DNA from: Ostreococcus lucimarinus
Lineage: Eukaryota
Length of the DNA: 64,000 bases
Strand: one strand, 5' to 3'
Assembly (NCBI GenBank): GCA_000092065.1
Contig: CP000581.1
How positions within the stretch are numbered: the stretch's first letter is position 1; each line of letters starts with the position of its first letter. The position numbers and the translations under genes were made by a program. The notes under the pieces were generated by a model. It saw only the letters and a list, made by a program, of their open reading frames with translations. It did not search any database and had not been told where the DNA came from. Positions 38,217-47,689 of this stretch are shown piece after piece.

Positions 38217-39284
38217 ATGGCGTCGGTTGCCAGCCAGCTCCCGGTGCTGTCGCTGCCGCGAGAAGACGCCGACGAAAACTCACACCGCGCGTTCGCCGCG
38301 GAGCTGTGTCGAACGTGTCACGACGTTGGATTCTTTTATTTATCGAATCACGGCGTCGAGCAGGCGTGCGACAACGTTCTCGACGCGTCGAGGGCGTTCT
38401 TCGCGTTGCCACTGGCTGAGAAGAAAGAGATAGACTACACGCGAAGTCGAGCGTTTCGAGGATACATGTACGACGGCGCCGAAAACACCGCTGGAAAGCC
38501 AGATCGAAGAGAGCAGATTGAATTCGGTGTCGAGTGCGCCGAAACGTGCGCCACCGAAGGGCCATATTACGAGCGATTAAAAGGTCCAAATCAGTGGCCG
38601 GCTCAGGTGCCGCTTCGCGCACCAGTGGAAGATTTCCAAAACAAAATGGCGACGTTGAGTCGAAGAATCATGACTTATTTGGCGATCGGACTAGACCTCG
38701 ACGGCGGTTATTTCGATTCCATGTTCGGCGACGAACCGAACGTGCAGATGAAAATTTGCCGGTATCCGCCGAGCGACGGATCCGTCGGCGAACACAGCGA
38801 CACTGGAATTCTTTCTTTTGTCGTCCAAGACTCGGTCGGTGGTTTGCAAGTGCAGCTTCACGATAGCGGTGAATGGATTGATGCGCCGCCGATCGACGGA
38901 ACGCTCGTCGTCAACTTGGGGGAGATGATTCAACTAATCACCGGCGGCTACTTTCTTGCCACGCCGCATCGCGTTCAAAACCTGAACGGCAGCCAGGCGC
39001 GATACTCGGTGCCTTACTTTTGGAATCCGGAGCTAGACTATCGAGTCGAATTTATAGAGTCCTCCATATTGGACAGTTTGGTTTGGCATCGGCCGCGACC
39101 GTCGGACGATTCCTTCAGAGCGACGGGATCGCACGGCGGCGCGAATCGACTCATCTCAGCGTACGGCGAAAACGCGTTCAAATCGTTCGCACGGTCTCAT
39201 CCCGTAGTCATGCGAAGGCATCATTCAGACTTAGTGATGAACCCCGACGGTAGTATAACTAGTCCTAGCAGCTCAATATTATAA
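38217..39284 (+). CDS. 2-oxoglutarate/Fe(II)-dependent oxygenase (DIOX_N + 2OG-FeII_Oxy)
   Basis: N-terminal LPVLSLPREDADENSHRAFAAELCRTCHDVGFFYLSNHGV (non-haem dioxygenase N-terminal pattern); HxD...H core (EHSDTGILSFV...ATPHRV). Start at MASVASQ; alternative ORF-track start at 38094, only 16 nt after the LRR stop. Confidence 0.6.
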   Translation: MASVASQLPVLSLPREDADENSHRAFAAELCRTCHDVGFFYLSNHGVEQACDNVLDASRAFFALPLAEKKEIDYTRSRAFRGYMYDGAENTAGKPDRREQIEFGVECAETCATEGPYYERLKGPNQWPAQVPLRAPVEDFQNKMATLSRRIMTYLAIGLDLDGGYFDSMFGDEPNVQMKICRYPPSDGSVGEHSDTGILSFVVQDSVGGLQVQLHDSGEWIDAPPIDGTLVVNLGEMIQLITGGYFLATPHRVQNLNGSQARYSVPYFWNPELDYRVEFIESSILDSLVWHRPRPSDDSFRATGSHGGANRLISAYGENAFKSFARSHPVVMRRHHSDLVMNPDGSITSPSSSIL

Positions 39285-40154
39285 TCGTTCCGCCGGCGCA
39301 GGAACCGGCGTTTTCTTTTTCTGCGGTAAACTAACTTCTAACGTCACCTTCACGTCATCATCCGCACCGACTGTGGTGATGATGTTCACGCGCTCTTGCG
39401 ACGGCTTTGGAGTTTTCGGCTTCTTCGGTGGCTTGACCTTTTTCGGCGCGTACTTCGTGTTATATCTCGTCATCGCGTCACCAAACTTGTTGTCAAGCAA
39501 CACCTCCTGCAACGCCTCCACGGCGTCTTCCACGGCGCCATTCACCTTGACCGCGTCGTCCTCATCGAACCTCGAAAGCACGTACTCGTACACCGCCGTA
39601 TTTTCATCTTTAGGCCGTCCAATCCCAATCTTAACTCGCGCGAAAGATCTATCGCCGCGCGTCGCGTCGTCGATGACGCTTCGCACACCGTTATGCCCAC
39701 CATGACTCCCGCTCGTCTTCATCCTCAACTCTCCAAGCTTGGTCTCTAAATCATCGTACACGATCACGATTCGCGACTTACCGATCTTAAACGCCCGCAT
39801 CATCTCTCGCACGCTCTTGCCGCTCAGGTTCATAAAAGTCTGCGGCTTCGCCAGAACCACCGCGCTGCGTCCAAGCTTCCCCACCCCGAGCACCGCGCGG
39901 TGCTTCGTCGACGTCAGCTCGATCCCAGCGCGTCGCGCGAGCGCGTCCACGACCTCGAAACCGACGTTGTGTCTCGTGCCGGCGAATTTCGCGCCTGGGT
40001 TCCCGAGTCCACAAATCAACCACGCGTCGCGTTCGACGCCGCGCGCGCCCATCGCGCGCGTCGACACCGCGCGCACCGCGCGCGCGGGCAAGCCGACGAT
40101 CGCCACCGACGCGCGCGCGGTGGCTCGCAGCGCGCCCGCGAGCGCGCGCTTCAT
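39279..40154 (-). CDS. PTH: Peptidyl-tRNA hydrolase (bacterial/organellar Pth type) with organellar presequence
   Basis: WLICGLGNPGAKFAGTRHNVGFEVVDALARRAG...KPQTFMNLSGKSV...SGSHGGHNGVRSV matches Pth motifs (GLGNPG, catalytic H in TRHNVG, GHNG). N-terminus MKRALAGALRATARASVAIVGLPARAVRAV is targeting-like. Stop codon overlaps the convergent oxygenase gene by about 6 nt. Confidence 0.75.
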   Translation of the reverse strand: MKRALAGALRATARASVAIVGLPARAVRAVSTRAMGARGVERDAWLICGLGNPGAKFAGTRHNVGFEVVDALARRAGIELTSTKHRAVLGVGKLGRSAVVLAKPQTFMNLSGKSVREMMRAFKIGKSRIVIVYDDLETKLGELRMKTSGSHGGHNGVRSVIDDATRGDRSFARVKIGIGRPKDENTAVYEYVLSRFDEDDAVKVNGAVEDAVEALQEVLLDNKFGDAMTRYNTKYAPKKVKPPKKPKTPKPSQERVNIITTVGADDDVKVTLEVSLPQKKKTPVPAPAERL

Positions 40155-40292
40155 GCCGCGGTGGCGAGTGGCGCGTGCCGCAGTGCTCGACGCGACGACG
40201 CGAGACGAAGACGAGATGAGCGCGCGACAGGTGCGAACGACGCGACGCGGCGCGGCGCGACGCGACGATGTCGCGCGTCGGGCGACGCGACG

Positions 40293-41015
40293 ATGCGACG
40301 GGCCGCGCGCCGTTCGAATCGATTCGATTCGATTTCGATGCGATCGAGCGATGCGTTGGCGTCTAGGGCGACGACGCGAAGCGCGTTCGAGCGCGTCGAG
40401 ACTCGCAGAGCCCCCCCCGCGCGCGATGACGACACGACTGACGCCGAGCGCGTCGAGCGCGCGCGATCGAAGAAACAAACCGCCGAGGACGTGGCGGCGC
40501 AGATGGAGAAACGCGCGGCGGCGCAGGCGAGACTCGCGGCGGCGCAAGCGGCGGCGGCGGCGTCCGCGGCGGCGGCGAAAAAGAAGACCGATGATGGTGG
40601 TCACGCGATCTCCAAGGATGAGCTTCAGGAGCTGCTGAAGGAGTTCGCGCCGGGAGAGAGCTTCGAACCGGAGGTTGAGGAAATGCTGTTGGAGATTACG
40701 GACGACTTCGTCGACAACGTGCTCGAACACGCGGCGCGATTAGCGAGACATCGAGGAAGCGAGGCGGTGGAACCGAAAGATGTGTTGTTACATCTCGAGC
40801 GGCAGTGGGATATGCACATTCCCGGGTACGGTGGTGAAGAGGTGCCAAAGTATACGGAGAAGCAAAGCGTGGAGACGCACTCGAGACGACTGGCGGCGGT
40901 GCGACGGTCGGTAGCCGCGGCCACGGCGGCGCAAAACGAGCAACGCAAGCAAGCTCGACTCGCAGCCGATCGTGCGACGAAAGGAAAAGGAGATATGGGC
41001 GCGGAAGACGCATAG
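40293..41015 (+). CDS. TAF12: TFIID subunit TAF12-like histone-fold protein
   Basis: ISKDELQELLKEFAPGESFEPEVEEMLLEITDDFVDNVLEHAARLARHRGSEAVEPKDVLLHLERQWDMHIPGYG aligns nearly residue-for-residue with the TAF12 histone fold. Start at MRRAARRS; upstream ORF codons overlap Pth. Confidence 0.65.
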   Translation: MRRAARRSNRFDSISMRSSDALASRATTRSAFERVETRRAPPARDDDTTDAERVERARSKKQTAEDVAAQMEKRAAAQARLAAAQAAAAASAAAAKKKTDDGGHAISKDELQELLKEFAPGESFEPEVEEMLLEITDDFVDNVLEHAARLARHRGSEAVEPKDVLLHLERQWDMHIPGYGGEEVPKYTEKQSVETHSRRLAAVRRSVAAATAAQNEQRKQARLAADRATKGKGDMGAEDA

Positions 41016-41082
41016 AAATGTTTTAGTAATCTTCACTTAATTAGTCATACATCATCAAAAGCCGCATCTGTGCGCGCTTCCT

Positions 41083-41675
41083 CTACACCTCATCCTCGTT
41101 GAGCAGCATATTCGGAATCCCTTTATTAATGGGAAACTTTCTCCCGCTCTCCGGGCACACCAACGTGCCTTCCTCCACGTGCACCTCTAAAAGCGCGTGA
41201 TGAAACGTTCTCAAAAACTCCTCGTCGCTCGCCGCGTCGTCGGGAATCTCGCTCGGTAGTCCCTCAAGCCCGATCTCCTTCGCCGCATTCACAAACGCAC
41301 TCCACTCCATCTTCGGCAGCATGTGCGTCAAGAATTCGGCGTTAAAGTCCACTTCGACCTCGCGCGTTTCCTTCGGGACAATCTTCAGCGGGAACCCGTT
41401 CACCACGCCCTGCGCGCGCCCGGTCCAGTCGACCTCGTTCGTCAGTCGCGCGTCACGCTCGCGCGCGGCATCACCACGTCCGACTCGTTCGCGTTTCGCA
41501 TCGCGCGCGTCGTCGTCGTCGTCGTCGCTGCCGCCGTCGTCGTCGCGCATCACCGCCGCCGGCGCAACTTTCGTCGCCGCTCGCGCATCGCGCCGCGTCG
41601 CGCTCGCGCCATCGCGCGTCGCATCGCGCGCACCTTGGCGTTACACGCCAGCATGTTGTGCGCCAGCAGCCGCAT
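41083..41675 (-). CDS. TRM112: Trm112 methyltransferase-activator subunit; join(complement(41634..41675),complement(41083..41409))
   Basis: Exon 2: GVVNGFPLKIVPKETREVEVDFNAEFLTHMLPKMEWSAF...GTLVCPESGRKFPINKGIPNMLLNEDEV (Trm112 zinc-ribbon-like C-terminus). Missing conserved N-terminus found as micro-exon ATGCGGCTGCTGGCGCACAACATGCTGGCGTGTAACGCCAAG (MRLLAHNMLACNAK) spliced via GTGCGC...CGACTGACGAAC...GCGCAG|. ORF-track N-terminus MMRDDDGGSDDDDDD is intronic read-through. Confidence 0.75.
41410..41633 (-). other. intron (Trm112), 224 nt, phase 0
   Basis: Donor GTGCGC; branch CGACTGACGAAC about 35 nt upstream of acceptor GCGCGCAG. Confidence 0.65.
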
Positions 41676-41750
41676 CGCGCGCGCGTCGTCGTCGTCGTCG
41701 TCGAACCGTCGCGCTCTGCTGTCTCGTCACTCGCGCGCGCGCGATCGACC

Positions 41751-44606
41751 ATGGTCACCGCGCTCGCGCCTCGCGACCGCGCGCGCGCGCCAGACGTGGA
41801 CGTCGACGAAGCGCGCGCGATAGCGAGCGATCGCGCGGACGCGGAGACGCTCACCGAGGGCGAACGCGTGGCGATCGTCCCGAAGGAATGGTTTGAAGCC
41901 TTCGCGCGGTCGTTCGCGGGCGCGACGTCGATGAAACGCGTGGACGGAGGCGAAGAGGGCGAGAGTGCGGTCGGGGCGATCGATACGCGCGAGTTGTTGC
42001 TCGCGACGGCGTCGACGACGGCGGTGCGGGCGGATGACGACGACGACGCGCGCGACGAGGCTATCCTGAAACCGGCGCTCGCCGAGGGCGTGGACTTTGA
42101 AATCGTGCGCGAGCGAGCGATGGTGAAGCTTGAGGGGTGGTACGGACACGTGGAAGGGTCGAGATCGATTTATAGGACGTGCGTGCGACGGGGGAGTGGG
42201 ATATACGTCGATGTGTATGGATTGGGGTTGGTGGCGAAATTCGGCGACGAGGAGCGAGCGGTGGAGGTGCGAAGGGAGAGCGCGGCGAGTGAGCTCGTGC
42301 GTGTGGTGAAGAAGGCGTTTGCGGCGCTAAAGGACGTGGATGATGCTGATGTGCGCGTGGCAGATTACTTGTACGGTAATCGAGGCGAAGTGCTGACGAG
42401 AAACCCGAGGAAGTTGTTGGAAGAATTTCACCTGTTGCCGGGACAGGAGGTTCTAGTGGAGACGAAATCCGCTGGCGGTTCGTGGAACGAAGACGAGGAT
42501 TCGGTCATAGCGTTGCCGGGAACGAGCGAAGATGAAGTTATGGAAGACACGACTTTTGGATGCGATGTGAGTTTGACGCCAAAGAACGACGTGACGACTT
42601 GCGCTGAGGAGGCAAAAGTAGGAACGAGGGGCAAAGCCGGACTGAGCAATCTCGGGAATACGTGCTTTATGAATAGCGCATTGCAGTGTCTCAGTCACTC
42701 TTCGCTTTTGACGGATTACTTTCTGTCCGATAAATACGAAGTGGACATTAATACGGACAATCCCATCGGTATGGGCGGGGAGCTGGCGAAGGAGTACGCG
42801 AATTTGATAGGCGCACTTTGGCGGGACGGCGCGCTCACGGTCACGCCGCGCAAGTTCAAGTCTTCCTTGGCTCGTTTCGCGCCTCAGTTCAGTGGATATA
42901 TGCAACAAGATGCACAAGAGCTGTTGGCGTTTTTACTAGATGGCTTGCACGAAGATTTAAATCGCGTCAAGAACAAACCGTACGCCACAGAGCGAGACGC
43001 GGAGGGAAGAAGCGACGAGGACGTTGCAAACGAATCTTGGGAAGCACACACGGCTCGCAACAATTCTTGCATCGTCGATACTTTTCAGGGTCAGTATCGA
43101 TCGAAGTTGGTTTGCCCGTCATGCAGCAACAAATCGGTCAAGTTCGATCCGTTCATGTACCTTTCCATTCCGGTCCCGTCGGCTCGTGAGCGCATGATTA
43201 AAGTCACACTCGTATCGTACGGCGACGAACTTTCTGCAATCACGTACGGTTTGAAACTGCCTAAGAATGGTGAGATTGCCATGTTACTTAGTGCTCTATG
43301 CGAAGCCGCTGATATCGATACGATGGACGAACGTGTGGTACTTTGCGAAGTGTACAATCATCGAATGGAAAAGACTCTTTCGAACATGTCCTACTCACTC
43401 ACAGACATCAGAGAACGCGACGTGATATACGCGCACCGCTTACCGGCGATAAAAGACAACGACAACGTGGAAACAGTCGACACCGTTCTTGTGCACAGAA
43501 AAGAGTTGAATCAAAACAAGACGCCGTATTCGCACGTTAGCTCCGTGGCGGCGACGACGATGGTCCGATTTGGCTTTCCGTGGATCGTTCCAGTGAGCGT
43601 GCCAAAAGGCACGAAGGCTGGTCCCGACCACGCGAGATTCGTAGAGAAGGAGGTGGAAAAGTTTAGCGCAAAGTTTGCACACACAAATTCGATGGAGAAA
43701 TCGTGTTCGCCTACCACGAGCGGCGATACAGAAGGAAGTGCGTCTCGACGCGCCGTCGCAGAAAAGGACTCTCGACTCTTCAAAATGAAGTACACGAATA
43801 AGAGCGCCTCGGCATCGTTCCACGAGTATGGTTCAACGACCGCATCGACGTCGGACTCGCACGAAATGCAGTACACCATCGCCTCCTCCATGCATTGCGT
43901 TGCGATAGACTGGTCTTCGAAGGCTCTGAGCCAGTTCTTTGACGAAGAATTGTTGGAGCGTGAAATCGAGGAGCACCCAAGCGTGACGGAGAACGCGATT
44001 GAGAACAGCGGGACTCAAGGCACACCACTAGCGTCGTGCATCGAGTCTTTCATTCAAGAAGAGCCGCTCGGTAAGGATGACATGTGGTATTGCAAGCAGT
44101 GCAAGGACCACGTCCAGGCGATGAAAAAGCTCGATTTGTGGCGCATGCCGCCGATTCTCGTCATGCACCTCAAGCGTTTCAGCTACAGTCGAACGTGGCG
44201 AGATAAGATCGATACGTTGATTGATTTTCCACTCAACACGCTTGACATGACGCCTTACGTACTCCCGAACGCTTCCAGTGGGCCGGCGCCGATTTATGAC
44301 TTGTACGCGGTGGTGAACCACTTTGGCGGCATGGGCGGCGGTCATTACACCGCGTACACGAGACACGCCGAGGAGGGCACGTGGCACTTGTACGACGATA
44401 GTCGTTGTACCGCAGTAGACGTCGGTGCGGCGCTGAACAACAGCGCGGCTTACGTCTTGTTCTACAAGCGCCGCGACGTCCCGATGCGCCAAGCCATGTC
44501 TCGCGCCGGCTCGCTGTGCAACATGGCCGCCATGGACAGCGTCGCGAACACGCGTACCCCATGCGACGACGACGACGACGAACCTAGAGAAATGGAACTC
44601 AACTAG
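41751..44606 (+). CDS. Ubiquitin carboxyl-terminal hydrolase, DUSP-UBL-USP architecture (USP4/11/15-like)
   Basis: DUSP-like ERVAIVPKEWFEAFARSF; Cys box GLSNLGNTCFMNSALQCLSH; QQDAQELLAFLLDGLHEDL; His box GGHYTAYTRHAEEGTWHLYDDSRCTAVD. Start at MVTALAP, because the GTG-started ORF overlaps Trm112 exon 1. Confidence 0.85.
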   Translation: MVTALAPRDRARAPDVDVDEARAIASDRADAETLTEGERVAIVPKEWFEAFARSFAGATSMKRVDGGEEGESAVGAIDTRELLLATASTTAVRADDDDDARDEAILKPALAEGVDFEIVRERAMVKLEGWYGHVEGSRSIYRTCVRRGSGIYVDVYGLGLVAKFGDEERAVEVRRESAASELVRVVKKAFAALKDVDDADVRVADYLYGNRGEVLTRNPRKLLEEFHLLPGQEVLVETKSAGGSWNEDEDSVIALPGTSEDEVMEDTTFGCDVSLTPKNDVTTCAEEAKVGTRGKAGLSNLGNTCFMNSALQCLSHSSLLTDYFLSDKYEVDINTDNPIGMGGELAKEYANLIGALWRDGALTVTPRKFKSSLARFAPQFSGYMQQDAQELLAFLLDGLHEDLNRVKNKPYATERDAEGRSDEDVANESWEAHTARNNSCIVDTFQGQYRSKLVCPSCSNKSVKFDPFMYLSIPVPSARERMIKVTLVSYGDELSAITYGLKLPKNGEIAMLLSALCEAADIDTMDERVVLCEVYNHRMEKTLSNMSYSLTDIRERDVIYAHRLPAIKDNDNVETVDTVLVHRKELNQNKTPYSHVSSVAATTMVRFGFPWIVPVSVPKGTKAGPDHARFVEKEVEKFSAKFAHTNSMEKSCSPTTSGDTEGSASRRAVAEKDSRLFKMKYTNKSASASFHEYGSTTASTSDSHEMQYTIASSMHCVAIDWSSKALSQFFDEELLEREIEEHPSVTENAIENSGTQGTPLASCIESFIQEEPLGKDDMWYCKQCKDHVQAMKKLDLWRMPPILVMHLKRFSYSRTWRDKIDTLIDFPLNTLDMTPYVLPNASSGPAPIYDLYAVVNHFGGMGGGHYTAYTRHAEEGTWHLYDDSRCTAVDVGAALNNSAAYVLFYKRRDVPMRQAMSRAGSLCNMAAMDSVANTRTPCDDDDDEPREMELN

Positions 44607-44704
44607 AACGTAATACCTTTTGAAGCCAAAGTAATAGCTCGCCAAAGCCGCCGCCGCTCGAGCCGTCGCGCGTCGTCGTCGCGTCACTCGCGACCTCGCG
44701 CGCG

Positions 44705-45925
44705 ATGTCCGTCGTCGTCGACGACGACGGCGACGCTCCGGCGCCATCGCCACTAAAATTTCGAATCATCGCCACGGACGGTCGCGCTCGCGCGACGTCG
44801 CTGACGCTTCCGCATCACGAATGTTTCACGCCGATGTTCATGCCCGTCGGTACGCAAGGCTCGGTGAAAGGCTTGACGAGCGCGCAGCTGGAGGCGATCG
44901 AGTGCCAGGTGATTCTCGGGAACACGTATCACTTGGGAAATCGCCCCGGGGCGGACGTGCTCGCCAAAGCCGGCGGTCTGCACGGGTTCATGAACTGGCG
45001 TCGAGCGATGCTCACCGACAGCGGCGGGTTCCAGATGGTGTCGCTGCTTGATTTAGCGGATATCACCGAGGAAGGGGTGACGTTTCAAAGCCCGACCGAT
45101 GGGAAACAGATGTTACTCACGCCCGAGCGAAGTATTCACATACAGAACGATATAGGGGCGGATATCATCATGGCGTTGGACGACGTGGTGTCGAGCGTGA
45201 CGGCGGACCGAGCGAGGTTCGAGGAGGCAACGCATAGAACGACGCGGTGGATAGATAGATGCATCGCGGCGCACAAGCGACCGCACGAACAGTGCTTGTT
45301 CGGCATCGTGCAGGGGGGGTTAGACTTAGATTTGAGAGATGTATCGCTGGAAGGGTTGTTGGCGCGCGGCGACGCGTTGCCGGGCATGGCGGTGGGCGGT
45401 TTAGCTGGCGGCGAGTCCAAGGAAGATTTCGTGCGCGTCGTGTCGCACTGCACGGCGAAGTTACCCGATCACAAACCAAGATACGTCATGGGCGTGGGCT
45501 ATCCGTTGGATTTAGTGTTGTGCACCGCGCTCGGGGCGGACATGTACGACTGCGTGTACCCGTCGCGCACGGCGCGATTCGGCACGGCGCTCGTGCCCGA
45601 GGGCGTTCTTCGACTGAAGAGCTCCGCTCTCGAACACGACCACCGGCCTATCGACGAAACGTGCGACTGTTTGACGTGCAAAACGTACACGCGCGCGCAA
45701 ATGCACGCCATCGCGACGAAGGAGCCTCGCGCGGCGCAGTTGCTCACGATTCACAACTTGCGCTATCAAATGCGTCTCTGCGCCGCGATGCACCACGCCA
45801 TCGTCGAGCAACGTTTCGCCGATTTCGTTCGAGATTTCATCGAGAAGCAGTATCCCGACGACACCGCCCCACCGTGGGTGCGTCAAGCGTTGGAGTACGC
45901 CGGAATTACCCTTCGCGTCGCGTGA
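44705..45925 (+). CDS. QTRT1: Queuine tRNA-ribosyltransferase catalytic subunit
   Basis: TPMFMPVGTQGSVKGLTSAQLEAIECQVILGNTYHL...DSGGFQMVSL...zinc-site CxCxxC...H (ETCDCLTCKTYTRAQMHAI) are all canonical TGT motifs. Confidence 0.9.
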   Translation: MSVVVDDDGDAPAPSPLKFRIIATDGRARATSLTLPHHECFTPMFMPVGTQGSVKGLTSAQLEAIECQVILGNTYHLGNRPGADVLAKAGGLHGFMNWRRAMLTDSGGFQMVSLLDLADITEEGVTFQSPTDGKQMLLTPERSIHIQNDIGADIIMALDDVVSSVTADRARFEEATHRTTRWIDRCIAAHKRPHEQCLFGIVQGGLDLDLRDVSLEGLLARGDALPGMAVGGLAGGESKEDFVRVVSHCTAKLPDHKPRYVMGVGYPLDLVLCTALGADMYDCVYPSRTARFGTALVPEGVLRLKSSALEHDHRPIDETCDCLTCKTYTRAQMHAIATKEPRAAQLLTIHNLRYQMRLCAAMHHAIVEQRFADFVRDFIEKQYPDDTAPPWVRQALEYAGITLRVA

Positions 45926-46010
45926 CGCCTTGTAGCGCGCACCTTTGCCCGTCGTCAGAGCGTCGCCTTTGCTCCCGCACACGTCGCCTCGCGTCGTCGT
46001 CTCGCCACGC

Positions 46011-46502
46011 ATGGGCGCCGCGAAATCGAAATCAGCGTCCATCGTGAACGCGTCGAAACCCGCGCGCGCGCTCCCTCGTCCCGGCGCGACGCCCATCGCG
46101 CCGTACGTCCCGCCCGACACTTTCGTCCAGGCGTCCCCGGTCGACGACGCGCGAGCCGACGACACCGCGCTGCGCGAGATGATGTCCAAGCTCGTCGTGC
46201 GCACCACCGATGTCTCCGCGGAGGACTACGGCTACGCCCCGTCGCCAGCGAGCGCGGTGAAGCGAAGGGAACCGCCGGGGACGGAGGCGCTGCTGAAGCC
46301 GCGCGACGTCGCCGAAGCGCTCGAGCGACACCGCGCGAGCGCGTTCTCAGACGCGATCGTGGAAGAGATCGCGCGAGAACGACGCGGAAAGTTAGATTCA
46401 AAAGTGCTGGGGCTGATGATGAAGCACGTGCGCGCGCACGCGTACGCGGAGGAGGAGGACGAGCGGCGGCCGGGCGGGACGCTGCGCGTCGGGAGATGGT
46501 AG
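46011..46502 (+). CDS. Small hypothetical protein with N-myristoylation-type start MGAAKSKS
   Basis: ATGGGCGCCGCGAAATCGAAATCAGCG gives an MGxxxS/K consensus; C-terminal KLDSKVLGLMMKHVRAHAY weakly recalls UPF0240/NDUFAF4-like proteins (unverified). Confidence 0.35.
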   Translation: MGAAKSKSASIVNASKPARALPRPGATPIAPYVPPDTFVQASPVDDARADDTALREMMSKLVVRTTDVSAEDYGYAPSPASAVKRREPPGTEALLKPRDVAEALERHRASAFSDAIVEEIARERRGKLDSKVLGLMMKHVRAHAYAEEEDERRPGGTLRVGRW

Positions 46503-46725
46503 CGCGTCGACGCCGTCGGAAACGGCGATGGACGCGCGAGCGATGGTGGAAGAGAAACCGTATTTCGCGTCATCGATCGATGCGTTCGTAGTACTTGTAG
46601 GTAGCATTCATAGTTGTCATCGTTCCTTCGCGCGGCGCGTCGTCGGTTGCCGCCGCCCGCCGAGGCGCTCGCGTCGCGACACACTCGCGCGCGCGATCGG
46701 TCGACGTCCACGGTCCCGCGCTGAG

Positions 46726-47587
46726 ATGACTAAAACGGGCGTGCGCGTAGATCGCGCCGCCGGCGCCGCGCACGCCGTCGTGTGGCTCGAACGCGAGCCC
46801 GTCAACTCGATGACGTTGGAATTCTGGCGCGCGCTCGCGGACGCGCTGACAGCGCTCGAGAACGACGCTACGGTGCGCGCGACGCGCGCGCGAGGCAAAG
46901 ATGGGAAGACTGACGGTGCGCGCTCGCGTCGAACAGGTGCACGGGGTGATTTTCGCCAGCGGGTTGCGACGGTCGGTGTTCACGGCTGGGAACGACATCG
47001 CGGAGCTGTACGCGCCGAAGACGACGTGGAAACGATACCGAGAATTCTGGCTCACGCAGACGACTTTTTTGTCTAGACTGTTGAGCACTAGATTGGCGAC
47101 GGTGTGCGCGATTCGAGGCGCGTGCCCGGCGGGAGGATGCGTCGTGGCGCTGTGTTGCGATTATCGGTTGCAGACGACGAGCGGGTCGCTCGGGCTGAAC
47201 GAAGTCGCGTTGGGTATCGCGGTGCCACAGTATTGGGCCGAGTTGTTTCTGTATCGATGTATCGATCGTGTGAAGGGAGAGAGCTTACTGCAGCGTGGGG
47301 TTTTAGTGCGACCTTTAGAGGCGCAAAGTCTTGGATTAATCGACGAAGTCGTCGGCGAAGGCGCGCTCATGTCGGCGGCGGCGAGCGCCATGGAACGCTA
47401 CTTGAAGCTTCCTTCGAGCGCGCGGGCGACGACTAAGCGGACGATTCGTTCACATTTCAGCGCATCGTGGGCGGCATACGCGGAAGAGGAGGCGAAGGGA
47501 GGATGGAAGATGTTGAATGAGCCGCACATCGTCAAGGCACTCGGGGGGGTATTGATGAAATTGAGCGGTGGGAAAGCAAAGCTGTAG
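46726..47587 (+). CDS. Enoyl-CoA delta-isomerase (crotonase superfamily, ECI1/DCI-like); join(46726..46872,46937..47587)
   Basis: Two ORF-track ORFs in different frames (46528..47076 and 46901..47587) each carry half of one domain: ...WLEREPVNSMTLEFWRALADALTALENDAT and VHGVIFASGLRRSVFTAGNDIAELYAP...AIRGACPAGGCVVALCCDYRL. A 64-nt GTGCGC...GACTGACGG...GAACAG| intron (length 1 mod 3) joins them collinearly with ECI1 (LENDKSIRGVILTS...GIFSAGLDL). Start taken at MTKTGVRV; an upstream ATG at 46528 is possible. Confidence 0.65.
46873..46936 (+). other. intron (enoyl-CoA isomerase), 64 nt
   Basis: Donor GTGCGC after ...GCTACG; branch AAGACTGACGG; acceptor CGAACAG; accounts for the +1 frame change between the two ORFs. 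Confidence 0.65.
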
Positions 47588-47689
47588 AAGCGCCTAATGC
47601 AATGCAAGTTTCTAATATCAAATTAAATGTACTGTAAACTGTAACCTCGTAAATCGCATACCGCAAACGCGTGATTAAATTGTGAGTGA

